Shown here in pieces: positions 56,679 through 64,000 of a stretch of DNA of 64,000 bases. This DNA is from Palaeococcus ferrophilus DSM 13482 (GTDB lineage Archaea > Methanobacteriota_B > Thermococci > Thermococcales > Thermococcaceae). Both the position numbers and the translations under genes were made by a program. Numbering within the stretch: the first letter of the stretch is position 1; each line of letters begins with the position of its first letter. The stretch is from assembly GCF_000966265.1 (NCBI RefSeq), contig NZ_LANF01000010.1, positions 1 to 64,000 on the forward strand. Direction: 5' to 3'. The notes beneath the pieces are model-generated. The model was given only the letters and a program-made list of their open reading frames with translations. It was not told the DNA's origin and ran no database searches.

Positions 56679-57950
56679 TCAGCAGACCTCCCTGACCCCA
56701 CCGGTGTGGCTCATCGGAACTTCGTAGAACTCCTCTATAAGCCTCTGGAGCCTTCTCGATAGTTCAATTTGCGTTCCCCACGAGCCCTCAATCTTACCCT
56801 TCGCCGACATCCTGCCCAGGAACTTCTTCATCTCATCACTCAGTGGACTCGGTTTACAGCGCGCCCATGGAGTCCCGGGGAGCGGCATGAAGTAGTGAGC
56901 CCTAACCTTTCCACCCTTATTCATTATCCATTTCATTAACTCTATGCTCCTCCCCTGGCTCTCGGGAGTCTCGTTGGGAAGGCCCACTATGAAGTCAACC
57001 ACCGGCTCGAAGCCGTACTCAAGCATGTACTCTACCGCCCTCTGCACGTGCTCCACCCTGTGAAGCCGGTGCATCGCTTTGAGAATGGCATCGTCGCCGC
57101 TCTGGGCGCCTATTGCCAAGCGCCTGTTGTCGGCGTAGTCTATTAGGAGCTCAAGCGTCTCCGGGAGAACGAACTCCGGGCGAACCTCGCTCGGGAATGT
57201 GCCGTAGAATAGCCTTCTGCCTTCTTTTCTGAGAGGTTGGAGGGCTTTGAGTAAGGCCTCAAGCTTGTTGAGTTTCAGTATCGCGCCGGGACTGCCGTAG
57301 GCGAAGGCGTTGGGGGTGATGTAGCGCATGTCCCTCATTCTGCGCGAGTACTTCGCTATCTGGCCTATGGGCCTGTGCCTCATGCGGAAGCCCTTGATAT
57401 ATGGGGTCTGGCAGTAGTAGCAGCCGAAGGGACAGCCTCTTGTTATCTCTATCGGCGAGATAAGACGAACGCTCTCGGGGTAGGGTGGAAAGCGCCAGAA
57501 GTCCTCGACCTTCGCGAAGCCTGTGAAGACGAACTCTCCACCGAGGTAGAAGGCGAGCCCCCTGATGCCGGCCAGCTCCTTTGTGAGTTTGTAGCCTGTC
57601 TTCTTGAGCGTCGTGAGGAGGGTGTAAATAACCTCCTCCCCCTCGCCCACAACCGCTATATCAAACCCCATCCCAAGGGTGTGTTTGGGCATCGCTATGG
57701 CGTGGTAGCCGCCGGCGATGAGAAGCGCCCCCCTCTCCTTCAGGAGCTTGATTTCATCCCTCAAAGGGCCCCATATCTCCTCCGTAAAGAAGGAGTAGAG
57801 AACGAGCTTTGGTTTTGCCTCCAGAATCTCGCGGAAGTCCTTCGTTATTAGAAGCTCACCGAGGTCAAAGCCCTGGCTCTCGAGGGCTCCAAGGAGATGC
57901 ACAAAAGCGTTGTGGTTGCGCTTTGTCATCCTAACTGCTATCTCGGGCAT
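56679..57950 (-). CDS. B12-binding-domain radical SAM protein
   Basis: Cx3Cx2C (CPFGCYYC). N-terminal Rossmann-like B12-binding region (ALLIAGGYHA). Confidence 0.8.
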   Translation of the reverse strand: MPEIAVRMTKRNHNAFVHLLGALESQGFDLGELLITKDFREILEAKPKLVLYSFFTEEIWGPLRDEIKLLKERGALLIAGGYHAIAMPKHTLGMGFDIAVVGEGEEVIYTLLTTLKKTGYKLTKELAGIRGLAFYLGGEFVFTGFAKVEDFWRFPPYPESVRLISPIEITRGCPFGCYYCQTPYIKGFRMRHRPIGQIAKYSRRMRDMRYITPNAFAYGSPGAILKLNKLEALLKALQPLRKEGRRLFYGTFPSEVRPEFVLPETLELLIDYADNRRLAIGAQSGDDAILKAMHRLHRVEHVQRAVEYMLEYGFEPVVDFIVGLPNETPESQGRSIELMKWIMNKGGKVRAHYFMPLPGTPWARCKPSPLSDEMKKFLGRMSAKGKIEGSWGTQIELSRRLQRLIEEFYEVPMSHTGGVREVC

Positions 57951-58039
57951 GGTGTGAAGTGATGCATGACGTCTTAAAAACCTTACAGGAGTATGTGAGA
58001 AAAGCTGTCTCCAAAAAGCAGGAAGAAAAGGAAAGGCCT

Positions 58040-58240
58040 TCAGGCCTTGATGGCGAGCTTAATGTCCTCGGCCTTGACGGTCTTCCTGCCGGCGTGCCTG
58101 GCGAAGGCGATGGCCTTGCCGGCAACCTCCATAGCGTAGTCCTCGAGGTACTCGGCGAGGACCTTGGCGGCATCCTCGCTGACCCTCTCGGCACCAGCCT
58201 TCCTTATAAGCCTGTCAATCGGGGCTATGGGAAGCTCCAT
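58040..58240 (-). CDS. Archaeal histone (HMf/HTk family)
   Basis: 66 aa: [66 protein letters not shown]. Confidence 0.95.
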   Translation of the reverse strand: MELPIAPIDRLIRKAGAERVSEDAAKVLAEYLEDYAMEVAGKAIAFARHAGRKTVKAEDIKLAIKA

Positions 58241-58295
58241 ACCCTAACACCTCCATACAAAGTTTTTCATTCCTATTTAGGGCATTCAAGGTATA

Positions 58296-58322
58296 TAAGC
58301 TTTTTGGTAAATGGAGCCATTT
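58296..58322 (-). promoter_or_regulatory. Histone promoter: BRE/TATA (aaaaagcttatatacc on the minus strand)
   Basis: A-rich BRE followed by TTATATA about 55 to 60 nt upstream of the histone ATG. GGAGGTG ribosome-binding site before the start. Confidence 0.5.
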
Positions 58323-58685
58323 TAGGGCCCCAATGGCGCAGGAGGGGGTGGAGATATTATGGGCATAAAATCCAAAAAAGCATGTCGGGTCCTAAATCAG
58401 TGGGGGCCTTTTATAAAAAGTGCTGGGCAATAGGAGGGCTCCCCCAGATGAATGCCCAAATATGACTATCGGGAAACCACTGACCCCGGTATATTGCCTT
58501 CGCCATCACCAGAAGGCAGGGACATGAACGAAAGGTTTCCATAGAGAAACACCCAAAGAACACCCCTGGACAACCGCAAAAACCGGGCACTAACAGCCCT
58601 GCTGGAGGTAAAAGAGGGCACGTAAGCGAAGCAAAAAAGAGCATTTAACGGATAGTTCACAGGATCCCACAATAGTTGGAGACGT

Positions 58686-58763
<78 letters not shown>

Positions 58764-58811
58764 GCAAAAAGTGTTATAACGGGTTTTCTCATAAAGGTTG
58801 CGGTGGTTGAA

Positions 58812-59279
58812 ATGATGCTCCCGGACTGGAAGATAAGGAAGGAGATACTAATTGAGCCGTTCAACGAGCGTTCACTTCAGCCAGCAGGATACGACCTCCG
58901 CGTTGGGAGGGAAGCGATGGTAAACGGCAGCTTCGTCAATGTTGAGGAGGAAGGGCGGATAGTCATTCCACCCAAGGGGCACGCCCTCGTCCTGACGCTG
59001 GAGAGGGTCAAGCTCCCGGATGACGTCATGGGGGACATGAGGCTCAGGAGCACCTTCGCACGCGAGGGGCTGCTCGGGAGCTTCGCGTGGGTTGACCCGG
59101 GATGGGATGGGAACCTCACACTTGCGCTCTTCAACTCCTCGGAGGAAGAGGTTGTTCTGGAGTACGGTGAGAGATTTGTCCAGATTGCCTTCCACCGCCT
59201 CGAAGGCCCCTCGAGCAAGCCCTACCGTGGAAGCTACCAGGGGAGCCAGCGCCTGGCACTATCAAAGCGCAAGCGCTGA
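58812..59279 (+). CDS. dcd: dCTP deaminase (dUTPase-like fold)
   Basis: 155 aa. MMLPDWKIR...QPAGYDLRVG, GWVDPGWDGNLTL motifs. Confidence 0.85.
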   Translation: MMLPDWKIRKEILIEPFNERSLQPAGYDLRVGREAMVNGSFVNVEEEGRIVIPPKGHALVLTLERVKLPDDVMGDMRLRSTFAREGLLGSFAWVDPGWDGNLTLALFNSSEEEVVLEYGERFVQIAFHRLEGPSSKPYRGSYQGSQRLALSKRKR

Positions 59280-60008
59280 CTTTTCTTTCTTTAAGTCCCT
59301 GTAGAGAAGGGAATAGGAGGCAGTGAACATCGGCACCAGCACGAGGTAGTTGAGGAAGGAACCGACCACGGGTATCAGGGAGCTGGCCGCCGAGGTAGCC
59401 AGGGTGTAGAGGATCCCAAGCACGAGGCTCTTTCCAAAGCTCTCCCTATAAACGGCCAAGAGCTCGGGAAGCGGAAAGGACTTCTCGAGCAGAAGCGCGG
59501 GAGCGAGGAAGAGGGGAGGTATGAACAGGACGGTCGCTATCAGCACCAGGCCCAGTATTATCACGACGTTTTTGAACGCCCCCAGCGGGAGATAGAAAAG
59601 CGTGAGAACCGCCACAAGAACCGCGTAGGTCAGGAGCGTCCGGGGCAGCTTCTTCAGGCCAATCCAAAGGTCGAGCTCGCCGCTCATGACAAAGTTAGCC
59701 ACGCTTATCATTCCGGAGAGCGTGGAGACGATCACCAGCGAGGCAACCGCCGCAGTCATAACCCAGAACTGCCTGGTGGTAAAGAATGCAAGTGCATCGG
59801 GCGAGGGGTTGAGGAGGGAACCCCCCTGGAGCAGCACCTTTAGGATGTAGAGGCCGTAGAGGAAGCTCGCCAGAACCCCCGGGACGAATGGTATGATAAG
59901 CCGGGGGTTGGAGATTATCGTGTCCAGTCCCTCGGAGAGGTAATCGTCAATACCCCTGCCCCTTTTCTCGATGTCCGGTGGGGGAACCTCCATAGGCATC
60001 GGAAACAA
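59262..60008 (-). CDS. Hypothetical polytopic membrane protein
   Basis: 248 aa, about 6 transmembrane helices. 18-nt convergent overlap with dcd. Confidence 0.5.
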   Translation of the reverse strand: MFPMPMEVPPPDIEKRGRGIDDYLSEGLDTIISNPRLIIPFVPGVLASFLYGLYILKVLLQGGSLLNPSPDALAFFTTRQFWVMTAAVASLVIVSTLSGMISVANFVMSGELDLWIGLKKLPRTLLTYAVLVAVLTLFYLPLGAFKNVVIILGLVLIATVLFIPPLFLAPALLLEKSFPLPELLAVYRESFGKSLVLGILYTLATSAASSLIPVVGSFLNYLVLVPMFTASYSLLYRDLKKEKSALAL

Positions 60009-60092
60009 ATGGTACTACAGTGAACATAAACCTTTCGTTGTGACCAAAGAAAAGTTTTGGGAACCCGCCCGAAGGCGGGAAAGGAAAGGGGT

Positions 60093-60407
60093 TCAGCCGA
60101 AGAGGGCGCCGAGACCGGCGAGAGCCTCTTCCTCCTTCTCCTCTTCCTCTTCTTCCTCTTCCTCCTCCGCCGGAGCCTCCTCGGCAGCGGCGGCAGGAGC
60201 GGCAGCCGGGGCCGCGGCAACGGCCACGGGCATGGCGGCCTTCTCGATGACCTCCTCGATGTTGACGCCCTCGAGGGCAGCAACGAGGGCCTTTATCCTG
60301 GCCTCGTCGACCTCAACACCGGCAGCCTGGAGTATGGCCTTGATGCTCTCCTCGTTTATCTCCTTACCAGCGGCGTGTAATAACAAAGCAGCATACACGT
60401 ACTCCAT
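60093..60407 (-). CDS. rpl12: 50S ribosomal stalk protein P1 (L12e)
   Basis: [19 protein letters not shown]..., Ala/Glu-rich hinge, C-terminal [10 protein letters not shown]. Confidence 0.9.
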   Translation of the reverse strand: MEYVYAALLLHAAGKEINEESIKAILQAAGVEVDEARIKALVAALEGVNIEEVIEKAAMPVAVAAAPAAAPAAAAEEAPAEEEEEEEEEEKEEEALAGLGALFG

Positions 60408-60471
60408 TTTTCGCACCTCCAATCATCTTCATTTTTTACTTATTCACGATACGAGGGAAATTGAAAGGGGT

Positions 60472-61497
60472 TCAGCCGAACAGGGCTCCCAGTCCGGCAA
60501 GGGCCTCCTCCTCAGAGGCCTCCTCTTCTTCCTCCTCTTCTTCAGCCTCCTCAACCTTCTCTTCCTGAGGCTGAGGCGCTGCGGCAACAGCTACTTGCGC
60601 CTGTTGGTTTAAAAGCTCTTTGGTCTTCTCGTCGAGGAGCTCCTCCGGGAGCTCACCCGCTATGAGCAGCGCAACCCTGAACGCCCTGCCAAGTATGTCG
60701 CCAGCGGTTTCCTTCGTAACGTAGCCGGCCTCGACGGCAACGTTCTTCGCTCCCATGAATGCCTTCTGGATTATTGCCTCGATGGTCTGTGCGGTCGGGT
60801 AGGCGACGTTGACTGACAGGTTGAAGGCGTGCATGTAAGCCTGCTGGAGCATTGAGATGTAGGTCTCCTCGTCTATGGCAAGCACGTCCGGCCCGTACAC
60901 AAAGCCCTCCTCGTAGGCGGCCAGGAGTTCAAGGCCAACCTCGAGGGGCTCTATGCCGAGCTTGTTGAGTATGTTCGCCAGCTGGGGGGTGATGACGTCA
61001 CCGGGCTTGAGGACGGTGTAGTCCTTCTGAATGCTGACCTTACCCTTCTCGATTCTCGCGGGAATTCCAAGGGCCTGCATCTCACCCACGACGGGACCGG
61101 GAGCGAGTGACGTCGGACCCGCGGGAATGACAACCTCCTTGTTAACGGCAACACCCGGCTTGGCCGGGGCAGGCTTCTTGCTCTCCTGAAGGAACTTGTA
61201 GAGCTTGAAGGGGTTCATGTTGGTGGCGAGTATTCCCGCACCGCCTTCGATCCTTGAGGCGAGCTCCTCAAGGCCCTTCTCACCGAGCTCTTCCGCCGCC
61301 CTCTTGAGCGCGAGCTCTATGAGGGTGTTCCTCGAGACCCTGAGGATTCCACCCTGCTCCCTTATGGTCTCTCTCATCTTGGAGAGCGGGTAGGCCGGCA
61401 CGTCCGCTATGTTGACCAGTGCTATCACTGGGTAGCTCTTGATGAGGTTGACGAGCTCTTCAACTTCCTTCTTCTTCCACTCAGCTACGTGGGCCAT
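60472..61497 (-). CDS. rpl10: 50S ribosomal stalk protein P0 (uL10)
   Basis: 341 aa with the same C-terminal [12 protein letters not shown] stalk tail. Confidence 0.9.
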   Translation of the reverse strand: MAHVAEWKKKEVEELVNLIKSYPVIALVNIADVPAYPLSKMRETIREQGGILRVSRNTLIELALKRAAEELGEKGLEELASRIEGGAGILATNMNPFKLYKFLQESKKPAPAKPGVAVNKEVVIPAGPTSLAPGPVVGEMQALGIPARIEKGKVSIQKDYTVLKPGDVITPQLANILNKLGIEPLEVGLELLAAYEEGFVYGPDVLAIDEETYISMLQQAYMHAFNLSVNVAYPTAQTIEAIIQKAFMGAKNVAVEAGYVTKETAGDILGRAFRVALLIAGELPEELLDEKTKELLNQQAQVAVAAAPQPQEEKVEEAEEEEEEEEASEEEALAGLGALFG

Positions 61498-61502
61498 CTA
61501 CC

Positions 61503-62153
61503 TCACCTCTCCACCTTTACAGCCGGGCCCATGGTGGTCTTGATGTACACTGACTTCACTTGGTTCTCGCCGCGCTCCAGCTTGTTGAGTATGGCATGGA
61601 GCACTGCCTCAGCGTTTTCAGCCAGCTTCTCGTCCTCCATGTCCTCGGTTCCGATAGGTGCGTGGACAACGGGGTTGTTCTTGAGCTGTACCCTGACGGT
61701 CTTCTTGAGCCTGTTGACTATGGGTTCGAGGTTGGTCATGGTCGGTGGAACGACCTGCGGCATCTTGTTCCTTGGACCGAGGTACCTACCGAGGTACCTA
61801 CCGATCTTCGGCATCAGCGGAGCTGCCGCCATGAAGAAGTCGTACTTCTTCGCGAGCTTCCTGGCTTCCCTTGGGCTCTCCTTGAGCTTCTCCAAATCCT
61901 CACCACTAATCACATCAAGCCCGAGCTTCTTAGCCGCCTCGGCTACCGCGCCATCAGCGATGACCGCGATATTAACTTCCTTACCTCTACCGTGGGGCAG
62001 TAAAACCTCAAGTTTGAACCTGTTCTCAGGCTTCTTCAAATCAATATCCCTGAGGTTTACTGCCATCTCGACGGTCTGTGTGAAGTTGCGCGGCTTAGCC
62101 CGGGCCTTTGCCTCCTTCACCGCTTCCACGAGCTTTTGCCTTTCAAAGGCCAT
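61503..62153 (-). CDS. rpl1: 50S ribosomal protein uL1
   Basis: 216 aa L1 family. Confidence 0.9.
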   Translation of the reverse strand: MAFERQKLVEAVKEAKARAKPRNFTQTVEMAVNLRDIDLKKPENRFKLEVLLPHGRGKEVNIAVIADGAVAEAAKKLGLDVISGEDLEKLKESPREARKLAKKYDFFMAAAPLMPKIGRYLGRYLGPRNKMPQVVPPTMTNLEPIVNRLKKTVRVQLKNNPVVHAPIGTEDMEDEKLAENAEAVLHAILNKLERGENQVKSVYIKTTMGPAVKVER

Positions 62154-62238
62154 GTCCTAGACCTCCATTCTTTTTAGATTTAATCTCAGGCGAAAATCAA
62201 AATGCACGTAAAAAGAGGAGATTTTTAAACTTTTCCCT

Positions 62239-62727
62239 TCACTCCTCCTTGGCGAAAACCTCATCGTAGAGGCCTTCGTCAATCTCCTTCTGAACCTGCC
62301 TCGGGTCCTTGCCGTCCACTGTAACGCCCATGCTGAGGGCGGTTCCTATGACCTCCTTGGTGGCCGCCTTGAGGTCGTCCGCGAGCATCTGGTCTATCTT
62401 CATCTTGGCTATGGCTATGGCCCTCTCGATGGGCAGGTCGCCGACTATGTTGTTCCTTGGGGCGTCGGAACCCTTGGCAAGGCCGAGCTCCTTCTTGATG
62501 AGCTGGCTCACCGGTGGGATTCCGACCTCGATCTCGAAGGTCTTCTTCTTGGGGTCGGTGACTATGACCTTGACAGGAACCTGCATTCCCGCGAACTCCT
62601 TGGTGGCCTCGTTGATCTTCTGAACGACCTGCATGACGTTTAAGCCTAATGGACCTATGGCCGGTCCGAGAGGAGGACCTGGAGTAGCCTTACCTCCCTC
62701 AACGAGCACTTCAACTACCTGTGCCAT
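62239..62727 (-). CDS. rpl11: 50S ribosomal protein uL11
   Basis: [13 protein letters not shown] motif. Confidence 0.9.
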   Translation of the reverse strand: MAQVVEVLVEGGKATPGPPLGPAIGPLGLNVMQVVQKINEATKEFAGMQVPVKVIVTDPKKKTFEIEVGIPPVSQLIKKELGLAKGSDAPRNNIVGDLPIERAIAIAKMKIDQMLADDLKAATKEVIGTALSMGVTVDGKDPRQVQKEIDEGLYDEVFAKEE

Positions 62728-62742
62728 TTACCTCACCTCTGG

Positions 62743-63195
62743 CTATTGGTTCGACCGCTTGCTTATAAGTCTAACGTATTCGCCCTTTACGGTAACGGGA
62801 ATTGGAACGATGGCCCCAACGAGCTCGACCACGATCTCGTCCTTTCCTTCGTCCACCCTGACGACCTTTGCTTTCTCGCCCTTGAACGGGCCGGCGATTA
62901 ACTCGACGATGTCGCCAGGCTCGAAGCCGCTGACGCTGGGCCTCTCCTCGAGGAAGTGCTCTATCTCCGTGAACTTTATCTCCTGCGGGAGCGTTCCCTT
63001 TGCGTGCCTTATCCCGCTTATGGCCTCGTCCACGGCACCCTTCTCAGCGGCCTCAACGAATATGTACCCCTTCACCTTGCTGGGGGCCAGTATGGCGTAA
63101 ACAGGGATGTTGTACGTCTTGGCCTTGCTGTAGAGCAGGTTTGCCACGTTCTCCTCCTGGCCAACGGTGACCCTCACTGCAAATATCTTGCCCAT
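62743..63195 (-). CDS. spt5: Transcription elongation factor Spt5 (NusG homolog)
   Basis: NGN domain followed by a KOW motif ([18 protein letters not shown]). Confidence 0.9.
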   Translation of the reverse strand: MGKIFAVRVTVGQEENVANLLYSKAKTYNIPVYAILAPSKVKGYIFVEAAEKGAVDEAISGIRHAKGTLPQEIKFTEIEHFLEERPSVSGFEPGDIVELIAGPFKGEKAKVVRVDEGKDEIVVELVGAIVPIPVTVKGEYVRLISKRSNQ

Positions 63196-63215
63196 CCCGT
63201 ATCACCCGTTAATTT

Positions 63216-63407
63216 TCAACCGGTTCCCGTTATCAGGGCACCGGCGATTTTGATTAGCATTCCAATAAAGCCTATCAGCAGCATTCCAAGGCCGGTTATC
63301 TTTGCGGCCATCTTAAACTCCTTGGAGCTGGGCTTTTTTGTAACCAGTAAAACCCTTTTGCACTCCTTCAGGAAGTTTTTAAGCTTTTCCGTGTAGCTCT
63401 CTGCCAT
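63216..63407 (-). CDS. secE: Protein translocase subunit SecE (Sec61 gamma)
   Basis: 63 aa from MAESYT (GGGGTGAG ribosome-binding site). Single C-terminal transmembrane helix. Confidence 0.8.
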   Translation of the reverse strand: MAESYTEKLKNFLKECKRVLLVTKKPSSKEFKMAAKITGLGMLLIGFIGMLIKIAGALITGTG

Positions 63408-63439
63408 ACTACTCACCCCAAATAAAGTGTAATGGAAAA

Positions 63440-64000
63440 TCAAAGCTCCTCTATGTCGAGCTTTATAGGCCTCCTCTCACCCTCCTCCTCGAAGGGAGAT
63501 ACCTTCTCCTCGGCCACGGCGTAGGGAGAGCTGACGCCGCTTATGACGATCATAACCCTTATGGTCTTGCTGAGCTCGGGGTCAAGCTGGATTCCCCATA
63601 TCATCTGGGCCTCCGGGTCGAGCTTGCTGGTGACCTGCTCTATAATCTGCTGGGCCTCCTCGAGCTTGACGTCGCTTCCGCTTATGCTTATGAGGGCACC
63701 CTTGGCGCCGCTGATGTCAACGTCGAGGAGCGGGCTGTTGAGGGCCTGTATAGCGGCCTCCTGCGCTCTCTTCTCGCTGTCGCTCTCGCCAATACCTATC
63801 ATGGCTATTCCGCCGTCCTTCATGACCGCCTTAACGTCGTTGAAGTCGAGGTTGACGAGACCGGGCTTGGTGATGAGCTCCGTTATTCCCTTCACTGCCT
63901 GGACGAGTATCTCATCGGCGACCTTGAAGGCGAGGTGTATGGGCAGGTTCGGGGCAACCTCCATGAGCTTGTCGTTGGGTATGACTATGACGGTGTCGCT
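63440..64000 (-). CDS. ftsZ: Cell division GTPase FtsZ, C-terminal part (gene continues beyond the window end)
   Basis: Tubulin/FtsZ C-terminal domain ([19 protein letters not shown]...). Conserved position upstream of secE. Confidence 0.8.
   Translation of the reverse strand, partial: SDTVIVIPNDKLMEVAPNLPIHLAFKVADEILVQAVKGITELITKPGLVNLDFNDVKAVMKDGGIAMIGIGESDSEKRAQEAAIQALNSPLLDVDISGAKGALISISGSDVKLEEAQQIIEQVTSKLDPEAQMIWGIQLDPELSKTIRVMIVISGVSSPYAVAEEKVSPFEEEGERRPIKLDIEEL

Noticed and set aside
57959-58465. 168-aa plus-strand ORF
   Set aside because: Antisense to the histone gene and running through its promoter. No ribosome-binding site. The histone gene is unambiguous.
59971-60612. 213-aa plus-strand ORF with a poly-Ser/Ala run
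   Set aside because: Reverse reading of the poly-Glu/Ala tracts of ribosomal stalk proteins P1 and P0.

Overview
High-GC archaeal chromosomal segment. The CRISPR repeat (Thermococcales type), the Mbx/MBS respiratory complex, an archaeal histone, an archaeal-type GluRS/DnaG and the ftsZ-secE-spt5-L11-L1-P0-P1 cluster point to a Thermococcus-like euryarchaeon. Coding density is high, and many ORFs longer than 60 aa in the six-frame track are antisense shadow ORFs of real genes.

Contents from 5' to 3':
- Leader-proximal end of a CRISPR array plus an AT-rich leader (5..640). No cas genes are present in the window.
- AEC-family permease and M42 aminopeptidase.
- A four-gene minus-strand operon (2945..6369): two paralogous proteins with an N-terminal zinc ribbon and C-terminal transmembrane segments, a small coiled-coil protein, and an SPFH/band-7 (COG4260-type) protein ending in a triple zinc ribbon. 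This resembles the bacterial PspA-YdjGHI membrane-stress module and is the best candidate for an uncharacterised system.
- HAD hydrolase and a DUF835 tandem, one copy of which is frameshifted.
- Threonine catabolism genes kbl and tdh flanking GTP-PEPCK, then thymidylate kinase and tRNA-Pro.
- A roughly 1080-aa secreted surface protein with PEGA domains, a Thr-rich linker and a C-terminal ICGPGA-TM anchor.
- A divergent pair of tRNA-Thr genes, an eIF-2B-family protein and a CinA-like protein.
- A clearly AT-rich (low-GC) three-gene island encoding one secreted and two membrane proteins.
- Alpha-glucan phosphorylase and an NSS-like transporter.
- The 13-gene mbx (membrane-bound sulfane reductase-type) operon.
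- GluRS, archaeal DnaG next to a small Toprim protein, a hotdog thioesterase, a PadR-MFS efflux pair with a palindromic operator, and L-asparaginase.
- Two co-transcribed giant surface proteins of about 2025 and 1044 aa (beta-helix, CARDB, FG-GAP, a clan-CD peptidase-like His/Cys dyad, PKD domains, the same C-terminal anchor).
- A RecJ/DHH nuclease with an N-terminal DnaJ-type zinc finger, a B12-radical SAM enzyme, a histone, tRNA-Arg, dCTP deaminase and the ribosomal/ftsZ cluster.
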